A stretch of 64,000 bases of DNA, from NCBI GenBank assembly GCA_938011245.1, contig CALLUJ010000002.1, forward strand, positions 28,888 through 92,887, in the 5' to 3' direction. The DNA comes from an uncultured Aquimarina sp. Lineage in GTDB: Bacteria; Bacteroidota; Bacteroidia; Flavobacteriales; Flavobacteriaceae. A program made the translations under genes and the position numbers. Below the pieces are notes generated by a model. That model had not been told where the DNA came from. It saw only the letters and a list, made by a program, of their open reading frames with translations, and did no database searches. Numbering within the stretch: the first letter of the stretch is position 1; each line of letters opens with the position of its first letter. Positions 22,328-31,470 of this stretch are shown in pieces.

Positions 22328-22846
22328 ATGGATAAAGAGCAGGTAATTTTAGTAGATACTAAAGATAGGCAAATAGGGGTAATGGAAAAGATAGAAGCTC
22401 ATGAGAAAGCATTGCTTCATCGCGCATTTTCAGTCTTTATATTAAATAATAAAGGAGAATTGATGTTACAGCAAAGAGCTTTTGATAAATACCACTGTGG
22501 CGGACTGTGGACAAATACCTGTTGTAGTCATCAAAGAGTTGGAGAAACGACGTTAGAGGCAGCTAAAAGACGCTTGCAAGAGGAAATGGGTTTTGTAACA
22601 GCCTTGAAAGAAAAATTTTCTTTTATATACAAAGCTCCTTTTGATAACGGACTTACAGAACACGAGTTAGATCACGTACTAGTAGGGTATTACGAGAAAG
22701 AACCTGTTTTGAATTTAAAAGAAGCTGCATCTTGGAAATGGATGAAAATAGAAGCGGTAAAAAATGAGATATATCAAGCGCCTGAAAAGTTTACTCCTTG
22801 GTTCAAAATTATTTTTGACAAATTTTACGAAAAAATTTACGATTAA
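22328..22846 (+). CDS. idi: Isopentenyl-diphosphate delta-isomerase type 1
   Basis: LHRAFSVF, WTNTCCSH, EHELDHV motifs; ATG at 22328 preferred over the upstream GTG. Confidence 0.95.
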   Translation: MDKEQVILVDTKDRQIGVMEKIEAHEKALLHRAFSVFILNNKGELMLQQRAFDKYHCGGLWTNTCCSHQRVGETTLEAAKRRLQEEMGFVTALKEKFSFIYKAPFDNGLTEHELDHVLVGYYEKEPVLNLKEAASWKWMKIEAVKNEIYQAPEKFTPWFKIIFDKFYEKIYD

Positions 22847-23824
22847 TTAAAAAACCATTAAGTTACACCCTCTAATATCGCTATTATCAAAACGACCTAG
22901 AATTTCAAAACTCCCATTTACAAAAACTTTTCCTAAGTCTTGAGTAGCTATAAAACTGCACGAATTTATATTAGCTAAATCAATTACATTAATACCTCCA
23001 GTTTTGTTAGCTCCTATTAATTGAGTAGCATCTTTAGTACTCCTGCCAATTACCTTCATCCAAGGCGGACAGTTAAAAACACCATTTCCTTTACTATAAG
23101 CCTGAGAAAGTAATTCAGTCATTCCATATTCACTATGAATCACTTTTGTGCCTAGTTTTGTATTTAATTTTTCATGAAGTTCAGATCGGATTAATTCTTT
23201 ACGTCTTCCTTTCATTCCACCCGTTTCCATAACAATAGTGTGTTTTAACTTAAGTTGGAATTTTTCTATAAGATCTAGTAAAGCAAAAGATACCCCAATT
23301 AGTAATACAGGTTGTTCTTGAGATTCTAATTTTTGTAACGTTTTAACTAATTCATCAATATTATCTAAATAAAAACCACTGTTAGGATGATTGCTTTCTA
23401 TTATAAGTTTTTCGGTCATATAAATTAAAGAAGAACCGTTACGCTCTAAATAAGAAGGCAGTAATGCTAATACGCAATAATTAGTTATGTTGCCGTAAAA
23501 ATTATAGAAGCCTTTAGAAAAACTTGCTTCATATATTTTTAAATTGGTTACATAATGTTTGCTAGTCTTATTTCCAGAGGTTCCGCTACTGGTAAAAACA
23601 ACTTCGTGCGAGTTTTGATTACAAGTAATTTTTTCTTTTTTAAAAAAATCTATAGGTAAAAAAGGGATGTCAGATAATTCTTTTACAGAATTTTTACTTA
23701 CTCCTAATAAATTGCAAAATCGTTGATAAATAGAATTATTGTTATACTGATATTTAAAAACTTCTAAAGAAAGAGATTGGAACTCTATGTCTGTAGAAAT
23801 AGTAAAAATAGAAGCTTCGTCCAT
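22847..23824 (-). CDS. LuxE-family acyl-protein synthetase/acyltransferase
   Basis: FTSSGTSG, METGGMKG, SEYGMTELLSQAY, GRFDNSDIRGC motifs. Confidence 0.85.
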   Translation of the reverse strand: MDEASIFTISTDIEFQSLSLEVFKYQYNNNSIYQRFCNLLGVSKNSVKELSDIPFLPIDFFKKEKITCNQNSHEVVFTSSGTSGNKTSKHYVTNLKIYEASFSKGFYNFYGNITNYCVLALLPSYLERNGSSLIYMTEKLIIESNHPNSGFYLDNIDELVKTLQKLESQEQPVLLIGVSFALLDLIEKFQLKLKHTIVMETGGMKGRRKELIRSELHEKLNTKLGTKVIHSEYGMTELLSQAYSKGNGVFNCPPWMKVIGRSTKDATQLIGANKTGGINVIDLANINSCSFIATQDLGKVFVNGSFEILGRFDNSDIRGCNLMVF

Positions 23825-23835
23825 AGCGTAAAGTT

Positions 23836-23877
23836 AAAAAAGCGATTGTTTAAAAAATAGAAAACAATCGCTTTTTT
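23836..23877. terminator. Intrinsic terminator after LysM-BON gene
   Basis: AAAAAAGCGATTGTTT...AAACAATCGCTTTTTT with A/T runs on both sides. Confidence 0.85.
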
Positions 23878-23976
23878 AACTTTACTTATGTCTTAGAAAA
23901 ATATTAATATTTGAAGCAAATAGTAATTGTAATAATCTTCTAATGTATAATTGGAGGTTAAACCTGTTTTAGATTT

Positions 23977-24465
23977 TTAAGATAAAGCAGGAATACGTAA
24001 AACTTGACCTGGATAAATCTTATCTGGGTGAGTTAACATAGGTTTGTTTGCTTCAAAAATAATTTCATACTTCATAGCATTACCATATACTTCTTTTGAA
24101 ATTTTACTTAAGTAATCTCCTTTTTTAACCGTATAAAAAGTAGCTTCTGGTTCTTGTATTTCTACTTCCACTTCCATTTGGTCATCAACCTGTGCAATAC
24201 CTTCTGTGTTACCCACAACAAGAATTACTTTTTCGCGCGTAGCATTATCTTTGGCTAACCCACTTATTGTAGCCGTATCATTACTAATAACTACCTGCAT
24301 TCCCTGTACGTTTAGCCCAAGCGCATTTGTGGTTTCAATCATTTTGGTTGCCGCGGCTTCATTAGCAGCAACAATTGCTGCCTCAGCCTCAGCTGCTTCT
24401 TCAGCTTCAGATTTTCCAATTCCAATTGCAGCACCTGCATTTTTAATAAATGAAAAAATACCCAT
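23977..24465 (-). CDS. BON-LysM protein (Kbp/YgaU-like potassium-binding protein)
   Basis: MGIFSFIKNAG N-terminus, BON domain (VGNTEGIAQVDDQM), LysM (YTVKKGDYLSKIS...IYPGQVLRIP). Confidence 0.9.
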   Translation of the reverse strand: MGIFSFIKNAGAAIGIGKSEAEEAAEAEAAIVAANEAAATKMIETTNALGLNVQGMQVVISNDTATISGLAKDNATREKVILVVGNTEGIAQVDDQMEVEVEIQEPEATFYTVKKGDYLSKISKEVYGNAMKYEIIFEANKPMLTHPDKIYPGQVLRIPALS

Positions 24466-24601
24466 TCTTTTAATTTTTTTAGTTAAAAAATAATAATAAA
24501 TTCAAATTACAAAATTTTATTTTAAAATTGGATATGAAAAAAAATAAACGTAATTTATTAGTAAACAATTAATTAGTGTACTTGTGTTTTTTAGGTTTAT
24601 C

Positions 24602-25087
24602 TTAAAATAACTTTCCTTTTTTAAAAAAAGAAGCGCCATTACGTTTGTAAGTAACCTTGCCATTACAAGTGCAAAAGTTATAAGTCCCTTTGGCTTTAGT
24701 TTCTGTAGTACTAATCAATTTAATATCGGCTATGCTACAGTTTTCCTTTTTAGCAACCTTCTTTTTTAGTTGTTTAATACTGGATCGGCTGCGTTTAAGA
24801 AAAGCTTGTACTTGAGTGTTTAACTTAGGTTCTTTGAAATTAGAGTTTAATTGACAAGTTGCAGCTTTGGTTAATTTAGGTTGATTTGTAATTTGCTCAG
24901 TTATATTCTTTGATTCTTTAGAGGTATTATTTACTGCTTTTGGTTCAGTTAAGTCGATATACTCCCAAGTATAATCAGCTTTCAGTAATACTCGTCTACC
25001 ATCTTCAGTTTTTACAATATAATTGTTTTGAGCTTTTGCTAGTATCGAAATAAAACAAATAACGAAAACCAATAAATACTTATGCAT
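24602..25087 (-). CDS. Secreted hypothetical protein (DUF3157-like N-terminus)
   Basis: Signal peptide, then KTEDGRRVLLKADYTWEY; four Cys in the C-terminal half. Confidence 0.7.
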   Translation of the reverse strand: MHKYLLVFVICFISILAKAQNNYIVKTEDGRRVLLKADYTWEYIDLTEPKAVNNTSKESKNITEQITNQPKLTKAATCQLNSNFKEPKLNTQVQAFLKRSRSSIKQLKKKVAKKENCSIADIKLISTTETKAKGTYNFCTCNGKVTYKRNGASFFKKGKLF

Positions 25088-25209
25088 AATTTAATTTTTT
25101 TCAAAAATAACTTTTTGTTGGGGTTTTCGAAAAAAGACTTTTAAATTTTAAGCAATCAAAGAAGCAGAAGTTTTAAATTAGCGGTCAAAAAATAAATAAG
25201 TCTAGTACT

Positions 25210-26196
25210 ATGTTTCCAATACAACGCAATCGACGTTTACGTTATTCCACTTCCATTAGATCTTTAGTAAGAGAAAATCAGTTGTCTGTAAATGATTTTT
25301 TAGTACCCATATTTGTTGTAGAGGGTGCAGGAATAAAAGAAGAAATAGCATCTATGCCTAATTATTATAGATTTAGTTTAGATGTATTGGAAGAGGAATT
25401 AAAGGAATTATGGAATTTAGGGTTAAAATCAGTATTAGTCTTTGTAAAAGTTCCAGATGAATTAAAAGATAATAAAGGAACTGAAGCATTGAACCCTGAA
25501 GGTTTAATGCAACGAAGTATTCGCTTTATTAAAGAAATAGTACCAGAAATGGTTGTAATGACCGATGTAGCTTTAGACCCGTATTCCTCTTACGGACATG
25601 ATGGTATTGTGAAGGACGGATATGTAGTTAATGATTCCACGATTGAAACTTTGGCTAAAATGGCATTATCCCACGCACAAGCAGGAGCCGATTTTGTGGC
25701 TCCAAGCGACATGATGGATGGACGTATTGAAAGTATTAGGGATATTTTAGAAGAAAATGAATATGTTAATACAGGTATTATGAGTTATAGTGCCAAGTAC
25801 GCATCAGCTTTCTATGGGCCTTTTAGAGATGCATTAGATTCTGCACCAGGATTTGGAGATAAAAAAACATACCAGATGGATCCTGCTAATAGAAAAGAAG
25901 CCCTTGCAGAAACATTATTGGATATTCAGCAAGGAGCCGATATTGTTATGGTAAAACCAGGAACAGCATATTTAGATATTATAAGAGATTTAGCTAATGA
26001 AATAGATACACCAATAGCGGTTTATCAGGTTAGTGGAGAGTATGCCATGCTTAAAGCAGCAGCAGAAAAAGGATGGTTAAATCACGATGAAGTAATGATA
26101 GAGCAATTATTAGCATTTAAGAGGGCAGGGGCTAGTATTATAGCTAGTTATTTTGCTAAAGATGTAGCTAAATTATTACAAGAAGATTTTTTTTAA
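25210..26196 (+). CDS. hemB: Porphobilinogen synthase (ALA dehydratase)
   Basis: APSDMMDGR, SAKYASAFYGPFRDA, MVKPG, YQVSGEY. Confidence 0.98.
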   Translation: MFPIQRNRRLRYSTSIRSLVRENQLSVNDFLVPIFVVEGAGIKEEIASMPNYYRFSLDVLEEELKELWNLGLKSVLVFVKVPDELKDNKGTEALNPEGLMQRSIRFIKEIVPEMVVMTDVALDPYSSYGHDGIVKDGYVVNDSTIETLAKMALSHAQAGADFVAPSDMMDGRIESIRDILEENEYVNTGIMSYSAKYASAFYGPFRDALDSAPGFGDKKTYQMDPANRKEALAETLLDIQQGADIVMVKPGTAYLDIIRDLANEIDTPIAVYQVSGEYAMLKAAAEKGWLNHDEVMIEQLLAFKRAGASIIASYFAKDVAKLLQEDFF

Positions 26197-26214
26197 AAAA
26201 ATAAAGGAAAAATA

Positions 26215-26240
26215 TGTAATTAATTATGTGTTTGTACGAC
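26215..26240 (+). promoter_or_regulatory. Candidate ECF-sigma promoter
   Basis: TGTAAT-N16-CGAC, 26 nt upstream of the lipoprotein start; resembles TGTAAC-N16-CGWC ECF promoters. Confidence 0.45.
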
Positions 26241-26266
26241 ACAGGTTTATATAAAAAATAATAATT

Positions 26267-27388
26267 ATGAAATGGTATACTCAATTTAGTGCTTACCTAG
26301 CTATAGGATTGTCTTTGTTTTCTTGTGTTGAAGATGAAACAGTATTTGTTGATAAATCAGATGTATTAGCTTTTGATAGGCAATTGTTTTCGATTGCGCA
26401 AGATGAAAACCCTAGAGTTGAAGTAACAATTAGAAATTCAAACCAAGAAGACGTAAAAGATAATTACGATATAACCTTTACAAGTTCTGATACAGGTGTT
26501 TTCACGATTGACAATGAAGGAATTATAAGTCCTGTAGCTGCTGCAATAGGAAGAGAAGCGTCAGTATCGATTACTGCTAAATTAAAATCGTCGGTGGCAA
26601 ATGAAGAAGATTCAGAAGAAACATTATTACTTACAACGGCAACTGATGATACGATACTGGTTGGAAGAGTTACAATTTCAGATAATGAAGCCTTAAGTTT
26701 TGGATCGTCTGAAGAGCAAAGAGCATTAGCTTTAACTGGATTTGAACCTAGAGGGGTTATTAATAATAGAATTACACAAATTAATATCGATAATCAGGAT
26801 GTAACGCTGAATGCTACTTTTTTTAATTTTAAAAATGAAGACTTGGATAATATACGACTAACATGGATAAGCGATACGCCATCTGTATTAGAAATTGATG
26901 CATTAGGTGGACTTTCACCAATTGCCCAAGGTGTTACAAATATAACCGTTTCTGCTGTGATAGACGGAGAAACGGTAACTTCAGAAAGTTTAGAAATAGA
27001 AGTATCGGAATTAGAAGAAACTGTTGAGGAAGAACCAGAACCAGAAGTGGTAATTGGACCTCAAATTATTGGTTCGGGTACATTACAATCTAATAGCTTC
27101 TATACAGTTAGTGGTTCTTTTAGAATTGTTACAGAGAATAATATTAATAGAATAATTATTGGGGATGATTATTTAACAGGTCCAAGATCAATTCCAGATG
27201 TAGTACTATACCTAAGTAATAATACCAATTCAAATACAGGTGCACAGTTTATATCTGAAGATATAACTAGATCTGGGGGTCAAGAGTTTATAATACCTGC
27301 TAATGTAAATATTAGTAACTACAGAAATGTACTATTGTTTTGTAGAAGATTCAATCAAAGAGTCGGATTTGGAGTTATTAATCGATAA
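26267..27388 (+). CDS. Lipoprotein with Ig-like (Big_2-type) domains and C-terminal DM13 domain
   Basis: Lipobox LFSC followed by acidic VEDE; two Ig-like segments; Glu/Pro linker; DM13-like end PDVVLYLS...YRNVLLFCRRF..VGFG. Confidence 0.8.
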   Translation: MKWYTQFSAYLAIGLSLFSCVEDETVFVDKSDVLAFDRQLFSIAQDENPRVEVTIRNSNQEDVKDNYDITFTSSDTGVFTIDNEGIISPVAAAIGREASVSITAKLKSSVANEEDSEETLLLTTATDDTILVGRVTISDNEALSFGSSEEQRALALTGFEPRGVINNRITQINIDNQDVTLNATFFNFKNEDLDNIRLTWISDTPSVLEIDALGGLSPIAQGVTNITVSAVIDGETVTSESLEIEVSELEETVEEEPEPEVVIGPQIIGSGTLQSNSFYTVSGSFRIVTENNINRIIIGDDYLTGPRSIPDVVLYLSNNTNSNTGAQFISEDITRSGGQEFIIPANVNISNYRNVLLFCRRFNQRVGFGVINR

Positions 27389-27414
27389 TTTGCACTTATA
27401 AATTACAGAATAGA

Positions 27415-28299
27415 ATGAAAGTTAATAAAATATTAGGGTATTTAGTTTTGTTGTTGTTGTCATCAAATGCATTTGCTGGAGGTGGATGGACTAAGAAGAA
27501 AGGGAAATCTTATATTAAAGTTGCCGGATGGTGGGTAGAAGGAAGAGAATTTTTTAACGGTAATGGTGATGAAAGTCCATCAACTATAGATTCTGGGTTA
27601 TTTAATGTTAATATCTATGCTGAATACGGTATTACAAACAAATTAACAGCGATTGGTTATATTCCTTTTTTTTCTAGATCATATCAGAACAGAGAGGTAG
27701 ATCAAGATGGAATACCAAGTGAACAGAGACCAGGAGGGGATATAAATACTTTTGGAGATTCTGAAGTAGGATTGAAATATAGTCTTTATAAGAATAGTAA
27801 AATTGCTTTAGCAGTAAGCGTTATATTAGGATTGCCATTTGGAGACGAAGGTTCTCCAGAGGACGTACCTGCCTTAGCTACAGGAGATGGAGAATTTAAT
27901 CAAATAATTAAACTAGATTTAGGAATTGGGTTGTATAATTCGTCAACAATTGATGTTTACGCTAATACTTATGTTGGATTTAACAATCGAACTGAAGGCT
28001 TCTCTGAAGAATTTAGAGGTGGCTTAGAGTTGGGAGCGGGTGTATTAGATAAGAAATTATGGCTTGTGGGTAAAGTAGACGTAATTGAATCATTCGAAAA
28101 TGGAGATGAAATTGATAATGCGGGCGGTGGCGGTACTATATTTGCTAACAATACGGAGGTAGTGAATGTTGTATCGGAGTTAGCCTATTATTTTACTAAA
28201 AAAATTGGAGTTTCAGCTTCTGCTTCATTCCCAGTTTCGGGAACTAATGTTTATGCAGAGCCGGCTTTTAGCGGAGGATTATTTCTAGACCTGAAGTAG
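27415..28299 (+). CDS. Putative outer-membrane beta-barrel protein
   Basis: Signal peptide AFA-GGGWT; alternating amphipathic strands; ends GGLFLDLK. Confidence 0.75.
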   Translation: MKVNKILGYLVLLLLSSNAFAGGGWTKKKGKSYIKVAGWWVEGREFFNGNGDESPSTIDSGLFNVNIYAEYGITNKLTAIGYIPFFSRSYQNREVDQDGIPSEQRPGGDINTFGDSEVGLKYSLYKNSKIALAVSVILGLPFGDEGSPEDVPALATGDGEFNQIIKLDLGIGLYNSSTIDVYANTYVGFNNRTEGFSEEFRGGLELGAGVLDKKLWLVGKVDVIESFENGDEIDNAGGGGTIFANNTEVVNVVSELAYYFTKKIGVSASASFPVSGTNVYAEPAFSGGLFLDLK

Positions 28300-28316
28300 G
28301 TAATAATATACCTTTT

Positions 28317-28354
28317 AAAAAGCTGAATTGTTAATTAACAATTCAGCTTTTTTT
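28317..28354 (+). terminator. Intrinsic terminator (perfect palindrome)
   Basis: AAAAAGCTGAATTGTTAATTAACAATTCAGCTTTTT followed by further Ts. Confidence 0.88.
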
Positions 28355-28418
28355 TGTGAGATATGTTTTTTCTACACTCAAATTAGTTAAATTAGCTATA
28401 TTATATTTTAAACAAATT

Positions 28419-29537
28419 ATGTTTTTATTATTCCTTTACGGAGCGCTATCTATACTTTTTTCTTTTTTATGTTCTATTTTAGAAGCTGTTTTACTAAGTA
28501 TTACACCTAGTTTTATAACGCTTAAACAGCAAGAAAATAAGAGTTATGTAGACTATTTGCAGTATCTAAAGAAAGATGTAGATCAGCCACTTATAGCTAT
28601 TTTAACACTTAACACTATTGCACATACAGTTGGAGCTATCTTAGTAGGTGTCCAAGCAGAAAATTTAGATTTAGAATGGAATGTTTTAGGATTTAATACA
28701 GTAGCAATTGTTTCTGCAGTAATGACTTTTTTGATTCTTACAGTATCAGAAATTATTCCCAAAACAATAGGAGCAACATATTGGAAGTCTTTAGCAGGAT
28801 TTACCACATTAATGCTGAAAATTTTAATTTTCCCTTTACGTTGGACAGGTATTCTGTGGTTATTACAATTAACAACACGTTTAATAGGAAAATCTGCCCA
28901 TGTAAATACTATGAGTAGGGAAGAGTTTATGGCTATTGCAGACACAGCAGAAGAAGAAGGAGCTATAAAAGGAAATGAAACTACGGTTATTAAAAACTTG
29001 TTGGCTTTTAAGTTAATTTCTGCTAAAGATGTAATGACTCCCTTTACAGTAGCACTTATAGAAGACGAAGAAACAAGTCTGTTAGAGTTTCATGAAGAAC
29101 ATAAAAATTTAAAATTTTCAAGAATACCTGTTTTTAAAGATAAATCTCACAATATTACGGGCTTTGTATTGAAAGATGATATATTAGAAGAGCTTGTAGA
29201 ACAAAACGGAGAGAAGAAATTAAAAGAAATTAAACGAGATATTTTAATAGTAAATAGCTTTCAACCTATACCAGAATTGTTTAATCAATTAATAAAAAAT
29301 AAAGCACATATTGCTATTGTAGTAGATGAATTTGGTAATATGATTGGGTTAATTACCATGGAAGATATTATCGAAACCTTATTAGGTTTAGAGATAATGG
29401 ACGAGAGCGATAATGTTGAAGATATGCAAGTCCTTGCTCGAAAGAATTGGGAAAAAAGAGCAAAACGTTTAGGAATTATTCCTATGGAAGAAGTAACTAT
29501 AGACGATAAATCAAAATCATCTCTAGGCGAAGGTTAA
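28419..29537 (+). CDS. CNNM/hemolysin-family CBS-domain membrane protein
   Basis: CSILEAVLLS, NTIAHTVGA, SEIIPK, SRIPV, VVDEFG..GLITMEDIIE; start moved to the ATG at 28419. Confidence 0.9.
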   Translation: MFLLFLYGALSILFSFLCSILEAVLLSITPSFITLKQQENKSYVDYLQYLKKDVDQPLIAILTLNTIAHTVGAILVGVQAENLDLEWNVLGFNTVAIVSAVMTFLILTVSEIIPKTIGATYWKSLAGFTTLMLKILIFPLRWTGILWLLQLTTRLIGKSAHVNTMSREEFMAIADTAEEEGAIKGNETTVIKNLLAFKLISAKDVMTPFTVALIEDEETSLLEFHEEHKNLKFSRIPVFKDKSHNITGFVLKDDILEELVEQNGEKKLKEIKRDILIVNSFQPIPELFNQLIKNKAHIAIVVDEFGNMIGLITMEDIIETLLGLEIMDESDNVEDMQVLARKNWEKRAKRLGIIPMEEVTIDDKSKSSLGEG

Positions 29538-29547
29538 AAATAAATTA

Positions 29548-30705
29548 ATGAAAACAATCGCGAAGAGTTTTAAAAGCATATTTATAATACTTTTTATTCT
29601 TGTAGGATTATTATACATTTTTAATTACGAATATATCCTTAGAGGAGTACGTATTGTTTATATGACAGGACATGTTACCGCATATATTGATGATACGCCG
29701 CATTTTGACACTAGAGTTATAAAAAATGATTCAAACAAGATTATACCTTGGCAAACTCATTTTAAATACAACAAAATACCAGTTACTAAAAAATTAGATT
29801 CTACTCATAAAGCATTAGGTACAGTTGCTTATTTGATTATCAAAAACGACAGTATTTTTCATGAATCGTATGCTAAAGGATACTCTCAAAAAAGTCAAAC
29901 AAATTCTTTTTCAATGGCTAAAAGTATTACGACAGCTTTACTTTTTAAAGCTATTGATGACGGTTATATAAAGAATTTAGAAGCTAAAGTAAATACATTT
30001 TTACCCGAAATAGAAGGAACATATGCCGCTAAACTTACGGTAGGCGATTTATCATCCATGGCATCGGGATTAAATTGGGACGAAAGTTATTCAAGCCCCT
30101 TTTCGGTTACAGCACGCGCTAATTACGATGCTGATATTAGAAAATTAATGCTCAACCTTAAAGTAATAGAAGAGCCAGGGCAATCATTTAAATACCTTAG
30201 CGGAGCTACCCAAATATTAGGTTTGGTAATAGAAAAGGCAACCAGAAAAAAACTAACAAATTATCTTAGCGAAAGCTTTTGGAAACCTTTAAATATGTCT
30301 CAGTTGGCGCTTTGGCAATTGGATAGCGAAAATAGTGGATTAGAAAAAGTATTTTGTTGTATAGCTAGTAATGCCAGAGATTTTGCACGTTTTGGACAAT
30401 TATGGAACAACAACGGACAATGGCAAGGAAAACAATTAATATCTAAAGAATTAGTTGAAAAAGCGCAACAACCAAGATTTAAAGAATCCCCAGAGTATGG
30501 GTACGGTTTATGGTTAGAAGATTATAAAGGGAAAAAGATAACCTATATGAGAGGTATTTTGGGACAATATGTTATTTGTATTCCCCAAGACAATCTTATT
30601 ATTGTTAGATTAGGTCATCATAGAAGTCCTACTAAACCATCAAGAGCAGGAGCTGATTTTTATATTTATATAGAAGAAGCCTACAAAATGCTCTCAAGAA
30701 GGTAG
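29548..30705 (+). CDS. Serine hydrolase, beta-lactamase class C-like family
   Basis: SxxK motif FSMAKS, FKYLSG, N-terminal membrane anchor. Confidence 0.88.
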   Translation: MKTIAKSFKSIFIILFILVGLLYIFNYEYILRGVRIVYMTGHVTAYIDDTPHFDTRVIKNDSNKIIPWQTHFKYNKIPVTKKLDSTHKALGTVAYLIIKNDSIFHESYAKGYSQKSQTNSFSMAKSITTALLFKAIDDGYIKNLEAKVNTFLPEIEGTYAAKLTVGDLSSMASGLNWDESYSSPFSVTARANYDADIRKLMLNLKVIEEPGQSFKYLSGATQILGLVIEKATRKKLTNYLSESFWKPLNMSQLALWQLDSENSGLEKVFCCIASNARDFARFGQLWNNNGQWQGKQLISKELVEKAQQPRFKESPEYGYGLWLEDYKGKKITYMRGILGQYVICIPQDNLIIVRLGHHRSPTKPSRAGADFYIYIEEAYKMLSRR

Positions 30706-30717
30706 TATGTACAATTT

Positions 30718-31455
30718 ATGAATATAACAATTAATAATATTCTGTTTTTGGATATCGAAACGGTACCCATTCATGAAAATTTTGAAGACACTTCTTTAGA
30801 ATTACAAGAATTATACGCTAAAAAAACAGCTTATCAACGTCAAGAAAAAGTAAGCCCAGAAGCCTTTTATGAAAAAGCAGGTATTTGGGCAGAATTTGGG
30901 AAAATAATCTGTATTTCTGTTGGTTATTTTGTAGAATCACTAAAAAACAGAAGCTTTAGAATAACCTCTTTTTATGGAGAAGAACAAAGGCTACTTATTG
31001 ATTTTAAAGAATTATTAGATATCCATTTTAATAAAGCGAAACATCTTTTATGTGCTCATAATGGTAAAGAGTTTGACTTTCCGTTTATTGCTAGAAGAAT
31101 GTTAATTAATGGAATAGCATTACCAAGTAAGCTAAACTTGTTTGGGAAAAAACCTTGGGAAATTCCGCATTTGGACACGTTAGAATTATGGAAATTTGGC
31201 GACTATAAAAACTATACATCTTTAAAACTACTAACCACTATTTTTAATATTCCAAGCCCTAAAAATGATATAGACGGGAGTCAAGTATATAAAGTTTATT
31301 ATAAAGAAAGAAATTTAAAACGGATTGTAACTTATTGTGAAAAAGACACTTTAGCCGTTGCTCAGTTAATTTTGCGTTTTAATCAATTACCATTACTAAA
31401 AGAAAACGAAATTATTTGGGTTTCTTCTGGTATAGAAGAAAATCCCATAATATAG
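30718..31455 (+). CDS. PolB-like 3'-5' exonuclease
   Basis: DIET (ExoI), HNGKEFDFPF (ExoII), YCEKD (ExoIII). Confidence 0.88.
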   Translation: MNITINNILFLDIETVPIHENFEDTSLELQELYAKKTAYQRQEKVSPEAFYEKAGIWAEFGKIICISVGYFVESLKNRSFRITSFYGEEQRLLIDFKELLDIHFNKAKHLLCAHNGKEFDFPFIARRMLINGIALPSKLNLFGKKPWEIPHLDTLELWKFGDYKNYTSLKLLTTIFNIPSPKNDIDGSQVYKVYYKERNLKRIVTYCEKDTLAVAQLILRFNQLPLLKENEIIWVSSGIEENPII

Positions 31456-31470
31456 TACATACCTTATACA

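Noticed and set aside
22847-23824. Bioluminescence (lux) operon
   Set aside because: Only a LuxE-like gene; no luciferase, reductase or transferase genes nearby.
29548-30705. Antibiotic-resistance beta-lactamase
   Set aside because: An SxxK serine hydrolase with a membrane anchor in a housekeeping operon; more consistent with the broad esterase/amidase-like family, so resistance cannot be claimed.
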